Position numbers and translations under genes: made by a program. The notes under the pieces are model-generated. The model searched no databases. It saw only the letters and a list, made by a program, of their open reading frames with translations, and was not told the DNA's origin. Below, piece by piece: positions 19,923-29,197 of a DNA stretch of 64,000 nucleotides (position 1 is its first letter; every line of letters begins with the position of its first letter). This DNA is from Spirochaetia bacterium (GTDB lineage Bacteria > Spirochaetota > Spirochaetia > DSM-2461): positions 1,376,001 to 1,440,000 of the forward strand of contig CAXXIA010000002.1 of NCBI GenBank assembly GCA_963666985.2, read 5' to 3'.

Positions 19923-20750
19923 TTAGGGATACACGTATCCGGCCTTCGGCGGCAGTGAATTGTAAACACGTTCTATATCCATCCTTCCCGACCTTCCAAA
20001 GGGTGAGAAACCGAATCCTCCAAAACGTCCTTTCACAAGAGTTCCCACCATATCGAAATTAAGACCGTTTATCGCGACGGCCGCCCCTTTCTTCAAATCC
20101 TTCGCTTTCGCGGCATACGGTTTCGCGGGAATCACAATGGTTCCCGAATCCGAAGCCTGCGCTTCAATAACCGGCAAAATTCGGGGAACTCCATCTTCGG
20201 AAACCCAGGAGAGGAATTTCAGGGTTTGAAGACCCTTCATGAGTTTCTCCGCCCAGCTCTTCAATATCCGGGACTTCCTCTTGTTTCTGTAGAACTGTTT
20301 CCCAATCATGTTGAGGGCGGCCCTGAACACAATCGCACCCATTTTTAAATCTTCGCCTTCGGAGATTTCAATCAGATCGAAATAGTGCACCGTATGAACT
20401 CCGAAATATGTGTTGTAGCGGAACAGAGGCTTCTTGTTGTACATGTCGAATTCCTCTCCCTCGGTTCGGCAATGGGTCCATCGGGCGGTTCCCGTCCAAA
20501 AACGCCTGTCCATGCTCATAATAAGAAAACCGACTTCCGGACGGATCCGCATGAAATCCTTGCTGAGCCCCTCGGTAAACTGACCCATAACCAACTGCCG
20601 CGGCGAAGACGCCTGAAGACTGGAGAGCATGGTGATGTGAGGCCCGCCCTCGTCGTCGAGGGTGGCGATCAGCCCGACTTTGTACGTCGATTTAAAACGC
20701 TCAATCATTTCATTGGTCATTGTTTCCATCACTGTTTCCTTTTGATTCAT
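19923..20750 (-). CDS. Tandem pyridoxamine-5'-phosphate-oxidase-like (split-barrel, putative FMN-binding) protein
   Basis: Two repeats of the PNPOx-like start: LIATLDDEGGPHIT and FLSWVSEDGVPRIL. Confidence 0.7.
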   Translation of the reverse strand: MNQKETVMETMTNEMIERFKSTYKVGLIATLDDEGGPHITMLSSLQASSPRQLVMGQFTEGLSKDFMRIRPEVGFLIMSMDRRFWTGTARWTHCRTEGEEFDMYNKKPLFRYNTYFGVHTVHYFDLIEISEGEDLKMGAIVFRAALNMIGKQFYRNKRKSRILKSWAEKLMKGLQTLKFLSWVSEDGVPRILPVIEAQASDSGTIVIPAKPYAAKAKDLKKGAAVAINGLNFDMVGTLVKGRFGGFGFSPFGRSGRMDIERVYNSLPPKAGYVYP

Positions 20751-21685
20751 GATCCTGTCAAACCGGTCGCGAAGATCCTCTCGGGTGCGAGGCCCGAGTT
20801 AACGGCGGTTCGTCTGAACGATTCCATCCGGGCCGCTTCAACCAGCGGGGTGTCCGAATATTTCCACTCTTTTCCAAATCGCCGGTACTTCGCGCCGCAA
20901 AGATTATTGAACGCACACAATTCCCAGCGTTCTACCTCACCCTGCAGATCGTTTTTGATAAACTTGGAGATCGCCGCGATATTGCCCTCGGAATCGGTAG
21001 CTCCGGGAATCACCGGCGTCCGAATCCACAGGGCGGCTCCCGTTTCTTTCAGCCTTCCGGTAAGTTTCTTCAGATTCTCGAAAATCAGTCCGTTGTCCGC
21101 ACCCGTATGGGCCTTATGCTCGGCCGAGTCGAAAATCTTCATGTCGTACAGAAAAAGATCGGCATACGGAAGCACCGCTTCAAAAGCCGAGAACGAACAG
21201 AGTCCGCAGGTATCCACGGCCACATGAATTCCCTCCAGCTTTAAAAGACGGCAAACCTCAACGGTGAAATCGGCCTGAAACAGCGCTTCTCCGCCGGAGA
21301 GGGTAATCCCTCCCTGCTCGCCGAAATAGGCCCGATCCTTAATCAATTCCTTAACCAAAGCCTCGGGCGTATACCGTTCTCCTTTGGTCCGAAACGCGAG
21401 CGCGGGACAATTCTCACTGCATCGAAGACAGAGCCGGCACCGTTCCGCATCCCGTACGATGCCGCCCTCGCCCATGCTCAGCGCGCCTTCGGGGCAGTCC
21501 TTCACGCAAAGACCGCATCCGATGCACCGGTCCGGAAAATATTCCAGTTCCACCTTCGGCGAGATGCTTTCGGGATTGTGGCACCATTCGCAGCGCAGCG
21601 GGCAGCCTTTCAGAAAGACCGTCGTGCGCAAACCCGGTCCGTCTTCGGTGGACATCCGCTGGATGTCCAGAACAAGTCCCTCCAT
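20747..21685 (-). CDS. Glycyl-radical enzyme activating enzyme (radical SAM, ferredoxin insert)
   Basis: DGPGLRTTVFLKGCPLRCEWCHNPES; two CxxCxxCxxxC motifs; GITLSGGE; IRTPVIPG. Confidence 0.95.
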   Translation of the reverse strand: MEGLVLDIQRMSTEDGPGLRTTVFLKGCPLRCEWCHNPESISPKVELEYFPDRCIGCGLCVKDCPEGALSMGEGGIVRDAERCRLCLRCSENCPALAFRTKGERYTPEALVKELIKDRAYFGEQGGITLSGGEALFQADFTVEVCRLLKLEGIHVAVDTCGLCSFSAFEAVLPYADLFLYDMKIFDSAEHKAHTGADNGLIFENLKKLTGRLKETGAALWIRTPVIPGATDSEGNIAAISKFIKNDLQGEVERWELCAFNNLCGAKYRRFGKEWKYSDTPLVEAARMESFRRTAVNSGLAPERIFATGLTGS

Positions 21686-21686
21686 G

Positions 21687-24359
21687 CTACATGTCCCGAT
21701 GGCTTTCGCGCGCGATAATTTCGTCCTGGAGTTCCCGGCCGATACTGCTGAAATACGCGTTGTACCCCGTCACTCGGACAAGAAGATTCGGGAAATCCTT
21801 GGGGTGTTCCTGCGCTTCTTTCAACATTTCCGCATCGAGAAGATTCACCTGAAGAGCCGTGCCGCCGTTCTCGATATAGCCGCGCAGGAAGGCCTTGAAC
21901 TTCTCTTTCGCGGCGGGATTGCGAAGCAGCGACGTGTTGAAGGTAATCGTATGGCTGGCTCCGTTCGGCAGGCTGTTGAAGTAGCCCTCGTAATCACCGG
22001 CCGTCCCAGACGCAGCAGCTGCGGCATCCCCGAAAGCTCCGGCATCCCCAGATGCGTTCGCAGCAGCGGAAGAAGACACGGGGTTGGCCTGAACGGCGGC
22101 TTTATCCGCGAATCCGGGCGCGGCCGATGGAAGTTCCGCGAGGTTCACCGCACCCGCTCGGCCCGCCGCGGCCCTGCCCCCGAGCACTTTGCCCACAGAA
22201 TTGCTGTTGGCCGTCGGTCCGTTGATATCGGCTCCGTTGCTGGGACAAATGGCGTTGGAAAGAAACTGCCCCTTGCTTCGGCCGTCCGGGCTCGCGGGCA
22301 AGATGAATCCGTCGCCCACCCAGTAATTCCAGCTCAGCATACCCGGACGGTAAATCGCGTTCGTGGCCGCGGTTTTGTATTTCCATACTTCCGAAGTCCA
22401 GGTATCCATCACCTTCAGCGCCAACTCATCCGCTTCATCATCGTCGCGGCCGTATTTGGGCGCCTGATTCTTCGCGCGGGCCTGCAGAATTTCATGACCT
22501 TCCCAGTTGTCCTTCAGGGCCGCGACGAGTTCTTCGAGACTGCAGATCTTCTGATCGTAAACAAGGTATTTCACCGCCAGCAGCGAATCGACGGTCGTGG
22601 CGTAGGTAACCGCCTCAACCGTAACGAAGTTCAGTTCCGCGCCGCCGCGGGTTACATCGCGCGCCTTGTCGACGCAGCCCTTTACAAGCAGCGAAAGATA
22701 CGGAGTCGGGCTGAAGTCGGCGCGGATCGATTCGCTTTTCTCATAAACCTCGACCATTTTCGCGATGATGTATTTGGTCTGGAGAACATAGGCATCCCAG
22801 AACTTCTCCCAGCTGTCGAGCTGGGCAAGAGATCCGGTAACCGGACCGTCCTGTTCGATCTTTTCCGCCTTTCCGGTCATTTCATCAACGAAAGGTAGAA
22901 GATCCCGACCGTTGCCCAGCACCAGCTCAACGGCTTTCAGCAGGTTCAGGTTGCAGTTGACCGTATTGGAACGGTCGTTTCCCACCATCGTATTCTCAAG
23001 ACAGCCGACCGAAGCGTAATCAAAGACATTGTCCTTATTAATTAAGTCCTCCACACCGGCCATTTCGGCCTCGCGCAGCATGCCCGCCATGGACCTCTCG
23101 TCGAAGTTCAGCAGGAACGGAGCCCCCTGACTGGAAAGTATCATCTCAACAACCCTGTCCAGCAGATCCTCAGGACTGTTGCGGTGCAGCCTGACATTCG
23201 GCTTGGGTTCGAGAATCGGGCTCATCTCATCGATGACTTCAAGCAGCAGCCATGTCGTGTCGTTGGTCATATCCGCGCCGCCGGGGCCCATTCCCGAGAG
23301 ATTGAAAAGCTGCCCGAAGCCCGCTGTAATCCCTTGATTTCCGCCCACCCGAATCTGGGCGTCGTACACGGTGTTGCAGTGGAACCAGAAGCATCCGAGG
23401 ATTTCTTTCAGGAACTCCCGGTCCGCTCCTTCGGCGATCGATCTTTGATAAAAAGGATCGAGAATCTGATCCAGTCTGCCGAAGGACACTCCCGGACCGG
23501 GATAATTCTCATCGGCCATTACAAGCATATGGGTGAGCCACAGCGATTGGATCGCTTCATGGAACGTTTCGGCCCCCCGCCATGGAACCTTATCCATGAT
23601 TCGGGCCATTTCATGAAGCTCCTGTTTCCTGAACGAATCGTTTGCCGATTCGGCTTCCTTCCTGCAGATCCAGCTGTATTTCTCAGCCAATTCACGCGGT
23701 ATCGTGCAGGCCGTCATCATGGCCCGAAGCTGCGCGCCTTCGTCCCCGCTCTTTTCCGATGCGCTTAACGCCGCGTATTTCTTTTCCAGGCGGGCATAGA
23801 CGGCGGAAAAGCCGTCTTTCAGAATCACTTCGTAATGAGGAATAAGATGGCCGTTGGTGGCCCCCGCGTTTCCGTATCCATGGTTATGCATCCGAAGAAC
23901 CGAGGGTCTCACCCCGTTTTTTCCATACATCCGTTTATCGCGCCGTTTCGATTCCGATTTGGTCCAGCAGCCGGAAGTAAAGAGATTAAAATTCGATCCG
24001 CACAGAAGATCGCCGGGGAGAATGACTTTCTCCATGTGATTCAGCACGACTTCTTTCAGAAAAACGGCGCGGCGTTCGGCAATCGACTGTGTATAAAAGT
24101 CCTTCCCCATGGGAACATCGACCGCCGCCTGATAGGAAGACGCCCGGAAAGTTCCGTGGAAAGCGTAGGTTTCGGGGACAATCAAATAGCTGTTCTCATC
24201 ATAGAGAATGTCCCAGGGAGTTCCGGTGGAATAACAGGCGAACTCATTATTCCAGTCGCGCTCCACCCCCATGAAATAATAATCCCTTAAGGCTTTCACC
24301 CTCGGAGACAACTCTCCCGGTTCTTTGATGTTGAATTTTCTTTGGGCCGATTCCGCCAT
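21687..24359 (-). CDS. Glycyl radical enzyme of unassigned class (PFL2/dehydratase-like fold)
   Basis: SFGRLDQ, single-Cys loop SVGCLE, PKYG.DD, ASPDGR, C-terminal Gly loop LLVRVTGYNAYF. Confidence 0.93.
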   Translation of the reverse strand: MAESAQRKFNIKEPGELSPRVKALRDYYFMGVERDWNNEFACYSTGTPWDILYDENSYLIVPETYAFHGTFRASSYQAAVDVPMGKDFYTQSIAERRAVFLKEVVLNHMEKVILPGDLLCGSNFNLFTSGCWTKSESKRRDKRMYGKNGVRPSVLRMHNHGYGNAGATNGHLIPHYEVILKDGFSAVYARLEKKYAALSASEKSGDEGAQLRAMMTACTIPRELAEKYSWICRKEAESANDSFRKQELHEMARIMDKVPWRGAETFHEAIQSLWLTHMLVMADENYPGPGVSFGRLDQILDPFYQRSIAEGADREFLKEILGCFWFHCNTVYDAQIRVGGNQGITAGFGQLFNLSGMGPGGADMTNDTTWLLLEVIDEMSPILEPKPNVRLHRNSPEDLLDRVVEMILSSQGAPFLLNFDERSMAGMLREAEMAGVEDLINKDNVFDYASVGCLENTMVGNDRSNTVNCNLNLLKAVELVLGNGRDLLPFVDEMTGKAEKIEQDGPVTGSLAQLDSWEKFWDAYVLQTKYIIAKMVEVYEKSESIRADFSPTPYLSLLVKGCVDKARDVTRGGAELNFVTVEAVTYATTVDSLLAVKYLVYDQKICSLEELVAALKDNWEGHEILQARAKNQAPKYGRDDDEADELALKVMDTWTSEVWKYKTAATNAIYRPGMLSWNYWVGDGFILPASPDGRSKGQFLSNAICPSNGADINGPTANSNSVGKVLGGRAAAGRAGAVNLAELPSAAPGFADKAAVQANPVSSSAAANASGDAGAFGDAAAAASGTAGDYEGYFNSLPNGASHTITFNTSLLRNPAAKEKFKAFLRGYIENGGTALQVNLLDAEMLKEAQEHPKDFPNLLVRVTGYNAYFSSIGRELQDEIIARESHRDM

Positions 24360-24377
24360 ATCCTTAACCTCCTCGTA

Positions 24378-25073
24378 TTACGATTTTCCCGCTTCTTTCA
24401 GTATTTTTTCCCCGTGTTCGAGAATCTCAGACATAATTTCCGAACTCATCCGGGCATCACCCGCTTTTATCGCGTCGATCAATTTCTCATGCCGAACCGC
24501 AACACTTCGCGGATCGGGGATGGTGGAATAGAACGTCTCAATCAGCGTCTTCTGCAGCGGTTCGAATGATTTGAGAATAAGAGGATAAAGAGGATTCTTC
24601 GATGCCACGGCTACGGTATGGTGAAATGAGAAATCAAGTTCACATCGTTCTTCCCTTACCGTCGATTCACATTCTTCCCGCAGAATACGTTCCAGAAATT
24701 CGATATCGTCTTCGGTTCTCTTTTTTGCGGCCAGCGAAGCGGTTTCCACTTCTATAAGACGGCGGCTCTGTATAAGAGCATCAAGAAGATCCGGAGCGAG
24801 ATTGCCGCCGTTGTAATGCATTATCGATTCAAGAACCGACAGCGTACCTTCGGTCCGGTAATCGGTTACGATATATCCCTTGCGCGGTTTGGTTGTGATA
24901 AAACCGAGCGCCGCGAGTTCGCCAAGTCCGGCATGGACTACCGTACGGCTAATATTAAGTTCTTCAACCAGTTCGCGCTCGGCGGGCAGTCTGCCTCCGC
25001 AGACCAATTCCCCCGAAATAATCCTGCGCTCGATTTCACGGATGAATTTTTCCTTCCGACTGACTTTGCTCAC
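24378..25073 (-). CDS. GntR family, FadR subfamily regulator
   Basis: RLPAERELVEELNISRTVV; FCD domain SRRLIE..AA, DFSFHH..ASKN, RHEKLIDAI. Confidence 0.93.
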   Translation of the reverse strand: MSKVSRKEKFIREIERRIISGELVCGGRLPAERELVEELNISRTVVHAGLGELAALGFITTKPRKGYIVTDYRTEGTLSVLESIMHYNGGNLAPDLLDALIQSRRLIEVETASLAAKKRTEDDIEFLERILREECESTVREERCELDFSFHHTVAVASKNPLYPLILKSFEPLQKTLIETFYSTIPDPRSVAVRHEKLIDAIKAGDARMSSEIMSEILEHGEKILKEAGKS

Positions 25074-25081
25074 GCATTCTC

Positions 25082-25131
25082 CTGTGGTACTACCACAGAA
25101 TGACTATAAAGCGCTTATTTCCGGTTTGCAA
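25082..25131 (-). promoter_or_regulatory. Promoter (TTGCAA-N17-TATAGT) and palindromic FadR-type operator CTGTGGTA-C-TACCACAG
   Basis: -35 at 25131-25126 and -10 at 25108-25103. Perfect 8-1-8 palindrome at 25082-25098 with a TGGT-N3-ACCA core, overlapping the RBS. Confidence 0.8.
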
Positions 25132-25245
25132 GAATTATTTTTGCAAGGGATGTTCCTGCGGCCGTTCTTCCATCAATTGATAAGATCACGGCTCTTTTGT
25201 AAAATAATTAATTATTATAGTGATAAAAAATTACGAGGTGTTCCC

Positions 25246-25899
25246 GTGAATCGGTATGTTGAAAAATATAGAGATCTTGTTGACTTCCTGGCTGACTTCT
25301 TGGGAGATGATACGGAGGTGGTCCTCCATGATATGACCGATCTGGACAGCTCCGTGGTAGCCATAAGAAACGGACATATCAGCGGAAGAAAAATAGGCGC
25401 ACCCGCAACGGATTTGGTCCTGAAAATCATTAAAAGTAAAAAAGGAAGCGACCAGAATTTTCTGGCCAACTACAAAGGAACGTCAAAAAGCGGAGCCGCA
25501 TTAAAATCCGCAACATATTTTATCAGAGATGATAAAGGGCAAATCGTCGGTACGATGTGCATCAATATGAACATCGATAAATTCATGCAGTTTAAAACGC
25601 ATCTGGATAGATTCATAGGATTTGATGATGATCGGGAAAAAGCAAATCCTGTCTCCGAAAATCTCAGTCTCTCCGCCGCCGAACTTACATTGGACAGCAT
25701 CAATAAGGTTGTCCGTGCTCTGGGAATACCGCCGGCGAGGATGGATCAGAATGAAAAACTGAAAATCGTCAATGAACTGAATGAAATGGGTATTTTCCTT
25801 ATAAAGGGAGCCGTAAGTCAGGTGGCTTCGGAACTGAAAGCTTCGGAAGCCACGATATACAGATATCTCGGCAAACTGAAGAAGAATGGAATTGAATAA
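25246..25899 (+). CDS. YheO/DauR-like PAS + HTH transcriptional regulator
   Basis: EVVLHD, IRNGHISGRKIGAP.TD, LKSATYFI, GTMCIN, GIFLIKGAV, SEATIYRYL. GTG start after GAGGTG. Confidence 0.9.
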   Translation: MNRYVEKYRDLVDFLADFLGDDTEVVLHDMTDLDSSVVAIRNGHISGRKIGAPATDLVLKIIKSKKGSDQNFLANYKGTSKSGAALKSATYFIRDDKGQIVGTMCINMNIDKFMQFKTHLDRFIGFDDDREKANPVSENLSLSAAELTLDSINKVVRALGIPPARMDQNEKLKIVNELNEMGIFLIKGAVSQVASELKASEATIYRYLGKLKKNGIE

Positions 25900-25991
25900 G
25901 AACATATCCCTCATCAGTTGATTCGGCACGGTACGGGAACCGCTGAAAGACTCAGTGCAGGATCATGCTTCAGCGTAATAATAATTTTTTA

Positions 25992-26020
25992 TTGACGTAA
26001 TAAAACATTAGCGATATAAA
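25992..26020 (+). promoter_or_regulatory. Sigma70 promoter for ridA-malY-permease (TTGACG-N17-TATAAA)
   Basis: Exact 17-nt spacing in the AT-rich region upstream of ridA. Confidence 0.65.
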
Positions 26021-26068
26021 AATGTGTAGTGGTAATAATGAATTTACCATCAATAAGGAAAATCAAAG

Positions 26069-26449
26069 ATGAAAGAAGTTATAGCGACGAATAATGCTCC
26101 GGCGGCGATCGGCCCCTATTCTCAGGCCATAAAGGCGGGAAGTCTGATTTTTATATCGGGACAATTACCGATTGATCCGAAAACCGGTGAATTCGCGGGT
26201 AATGATATTACCTCTCAGACGGAAATGTCCCTGAAAAATGTCAAAGCCGTTCTCAATGAAGCCGGGTATGAAATGTCGGATGTAATTAAAACAACTGTTT
26301 TTCTTAAAGATATGAACACCTTTTCCGGCATGAATGAAGTGTATGCCGGTTTTTTTAACGAACCATTTCCGGGCAGAGCGGCCGTTGAGGTCGCCAGACT
26401 GCCCAAAGACGCATTGGTGGAAATCGAAGCAATCGCGTACAGGGATTAA
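26069..26449 (+). CDS. ridA: RidA family enamine/imine deaminase
   Basis: [44 protein letters not shown] with the catalytic Arg. Confidence 0.95.
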   Translation: MKEVIATNNAPAAIGPYSQAIKAGSLIFISGQLPIDPKTGEFAGNDITSQTEMSLKNVKAVLNEAGYEMSDVIKTTVFLKDMNTFSGMNEVYAGFFNEPFPGRAAVEVARLPKDALVEIEAIAYRD

Positions 26450-26471
26450 CTCCCGAATACGGAGCAGGCAG

Positions 26472-27650
26472 ATGAAATATGACTTTGATACTGTAATTTC
26501 GCGAAAAGGATCGGGGTGTATAAAGTGGGATGTTAAGGATCTCTTCGGCGTGGATTCCGATGCGGATCTTCTTCCGTTCTGGATAGCGGATCAGGATTTT
26601 CCGGTTCTTCCCGAAATCCAAGAAGCTCTGAGGAAGAGAGTTGATCATCCGATGTACGGATATACCATGCCGTCTTCCGGCAGTGTATCCGCTCTCACCC
26701 AGTGGTATTCCAGACGCCACGGCTGGGAATTTTCCCCTTCCGAGGTTATTTCGGGTATCGGAGTCGTTACGGTTCTCAGCTATGCGATCCGGGCTCTTAC
26801 GGAACCCGGCGACAAGATAGCCCTGTTCTCTCCGGTGTACGATCCTTTTTTCGCTCTTATAAAGAACGGCGGCAGAAGCCTGGTTGATGTTCCCATGGAA
26901 TACCAAGGCGGACAATATACTCCGGATCTTGAGCTCTTTGAAAAAGAGCTGGCCGCGGGAGTAAAGGCTCTGATTCTCTGCAATCCCCACAATCCGGTCG
27001 GCAAGGTCTGGACCCGAGAAGAACTGACGGATATTGCGCATCTCTGCAAGAAATATAACACCTTGATTCTCTCCGATGATGTTCATGGGGATATCGTGAT
27101 GAAGGGTCACAAATATGTCCCGATGGCGTCCGTTACGGAAGCAAGAGACCGACTTGTAACGTTTACGGCAATCAGCAAAACCTTCAATCTCGCCGGACTG
27201 GGCGCTTCGGCAACCATTGTCCAAAATCATGAACTCTTTCAAAAGCTTAACGGCGCTTTAAGAGATGTCTGGCTTTTCGGTCCCAACGTCATGGCTTTCC
27301 CCGCCATGGAGGCCGCATATACCTGCGGTGACGAATGGGTGGATGAGCTGAATGAATACCTTACGGATAATTCCCGGTACGTTTCCGAACAATGCCGAAA
27401 AGATATGCCCGATATAAAGGTTGCCGACCACCAGGGAACGTTCCTTATGTGGCTGGATATGACCTGTTTTGCTCTCTCCAGTGATGAACTCACATCAATA
27501 CTGGCCAAAGAATACGGAATTGCCCTTGGGAATGGGGCTCATTATGGGAAGCAATGTGATGGGTTTATGCGGCTGAATATGGCATGTCCCAGAGAAACAT
27601 TGGAAAAGGGTTTCGAATCGCTTAAGCGTTTCTATAAAAATCGGAGGTAA
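26472..27650 (+). CDS. MalY/PatB family PLP-dependent C-S lyase
   Basis: KW, PFWIADQDF, YGY, LCNPHNPVG, SDDVHGD, SKTFNLAGL, FMRLNMACPR. Confidence 0.92.
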   Translation: MKYDFDTVISRKGSGCIKWDVKDLFGVDSDADLLPFWIADQDFPVLPEIQEALRKRVDHPMYGYTMPSSGSVSALTQWYSRRHGWEFSPSEVISGIGVVTVLSYAIRALTEPGDKIALFSPVYDPFFALIKNGGRSLVDVPMEYQGGQYTPDLELFEKELAAGVKALILCNPHNPVGKVWTREELTDIAHLCKKYNTLILSDDVHGDIVMKGHKYVPMASVTEARDRLVTFTAISKTFNLAGLGASATIVQNHELFQKLNGALRDVWLFGPNVMAFPAMEAAYTCGDEWVDELNEYLTDNSRYVSEQCRKDMPDIKVADHQGTFLMWLDMTCFALSSDELTSILAKEYGIALGNGAHYGKQCDGFMRLNMACPRETLEKGFESLKRFYKNRR

Positions 27651-27658
27651 TAATTAAA

Positions 27659-28978
27659 ATGGCAGAACGGGAACGGAAAACTCTGGGCTTCATCGATTGT
27701 ATGGGAATCGGTATAGGCCAGATTATCGGGTCGGGCGTGATGGTTCTTACCGGAATCGTCGTGGGATTAACGGGACATGGAACACCGCTGGCATTTATCC
27801 TTGCGGCGGTGGCGGTAATCGCAACCATGGTTCCTACGGTGGTGCTTTCATCATCAATTCCGTCGAACGGCGGCGGATACTATTATGTGAAGACTCTGAT
27901 TGGTGAAAAAATCGGCTTTGTATACCTCGGCATGTTTGTTATAACCCAGGTATTAATAGCGACATTTGCCTTGGGCTTCGCAAGCTATCTTGCCGCGATT
28001 ATTCCATCGGTAAATCAGACTCTGGCCGCCGTGGGCATACTGGCTTTGGCGACTATTATCAATATTATAGGCCTGAAAACAGCCGCTTCGGTGCAGAACA
28101 TTATGGTTGCTCTTCTGCTTGTCTCCCTTGGCCTCTTCGTCATCTTCGGTCTTCCGAAGGTTACATGGAGCGAACTCACATTTTCCTCAGCGAACTTGAT
28201 GCCCAATGGTGTAAAAAACTTTCTGGTGGGTATTGCTCTTCTTTCCTTTGCCACCGGAGGAGCCAAATTTCTTGCCGAAACAGGCGGTGAAGTTAGGAAT
28301 CCCGGGAAAACCCTTCCTCTTGCCATGATAATTTCCACCGCCTTGGTAGCCATATTCTATGCACTGATCGGTGTGGTTGCTTGCGGAGTCCTGCCCCTGG
28401 AACAGGTGGCGTTTCAGAATCTGACACTTGTAGCACAAACCATCTTCCCGCCGTGGCTGTTCTTTTTCTTCATTATCGGCGGTGCCCTCTTTGCTCTTGC
28501 AACAACTCTCAACGGAACACTGTCTTGGGTTACACGGGGACTTCAGTTATCCGCCAAGGAAGGATGGCTTCCGGAAGTGTTCGCGAAAGAAAACAAGGGA
28601 GGAGCTCCGGTACTCTTGCTCATTCTCTTCTTTGTCGTCGGGGCGCTGCCCATCGTAACGGGAATGGATACAACCATGATTGCCAGTATGGGAATCGGAC
28701 TTAATATGGTCTGTGTAATTATGGAAATCATCGCCTGCTGGAGACTTCCCAAGTTAAAACCCGCGGAATTTGAAGCCGCCGTCGTCAAACCCAAAAAGAG
28801 TGTTCTTTACGTTCTGCTTGTTCTGGCCATAGCGATTGCTTTCGGCACGTTCCTTGTGAGCCTTGCCGACCTCACATTAAAAGTTTGGCTGGCCATCATC
28901 ATATGGGTCGCTTTGGTTGGGATTTATACCTACTTCAAAGGGAAACAAAGAGATAACGCAGTTCTTGCCGGCGAATAA
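27659..28978 (+). CDS. APC family amino-acid permease
   Basis: About 12 TM segments; GQIIGSG, GGGYYY, EVRNPGKTLP. Confidence 0.9.
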   Translation: MAERERKTLGFIDCMGIGIGQIIGSGVMVLTGIVVGLTGHGTPLAFILAAVAVIATMVPTVVLSSSIPSNGGGYYYVKTLIGEKIGFVYLGMFVITQVLIATFALGFASYLAAIIPSVNQTLAAVGILALATIINIIGLKTAASVQNIMVALLLVSLGLFVIFGLPKVTWSELTFSSANLMPNGVKNFLVGIALLSFATGGAKFLAETGGEVRNPGKTLPLAMIISTALVAIFYALIGVVACGVLPLEQVAFQNLTLVAQTIFPPWLFFFFIIGGALFALATTLNGTLSWVTRGLQLSAKEGWLPEVFAKENKGGAPVLLLILFFVVGALPIVTGMDTTMIASMGIGLNMVCVIMEIIACWRLPKLKPAEFEAAVVKPKKSVLYVLLVLAIAIAFGTFLVSLADLTLKVWLAIIIWVALVGIYTYFKGKQRDNAVLAGE

Positions 28979-29000
28979 ACCGGAAGAGACCTGAAACAAG

Positions 29001-29043
29001 GGGCTGTTGAAACGTCGGGGAAGACTTTCAGCAGCCCTTTTTT
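29001..29043 (+). terminator. Intrinsic terminator after the APC permease
   Basis: GGGCTGTTGAAA..TTTCAGCAGCCC followed by TTTTTT. Confidence 0.75.
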
Positions 29044-29197
29044 CATGAAAGATCCGGAATGAACCGCCGAATTCATAAAACGCCGCCGACACACCCGGAA
29101 CATGAGGGATTTATATGTCTTTTCCGTACATCTTCATCGGCGGTGACTGTTCATGCCGTATTGACACTATTCAAGAATCATTTCATCCGTTACCACC

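Noticed and set aside
21384..22898. 504-aa plus-strand ORF and other long antisense ORFs (e.g. 40700-41980, 41658-42791, 42685-43845, 54164-55177)
   Set aside because: Shadow ORFs opposite well-supported genes in GC-rich DNA, with no recognisable motifs.
21687..24359. Calling the GRE pflB, cutC or hypD
   Set aside because: It lacks the PFL Cys-Cys loop, and its active-site strands differ from CutC and HypD as I recall them. No gene symbol is supportable.
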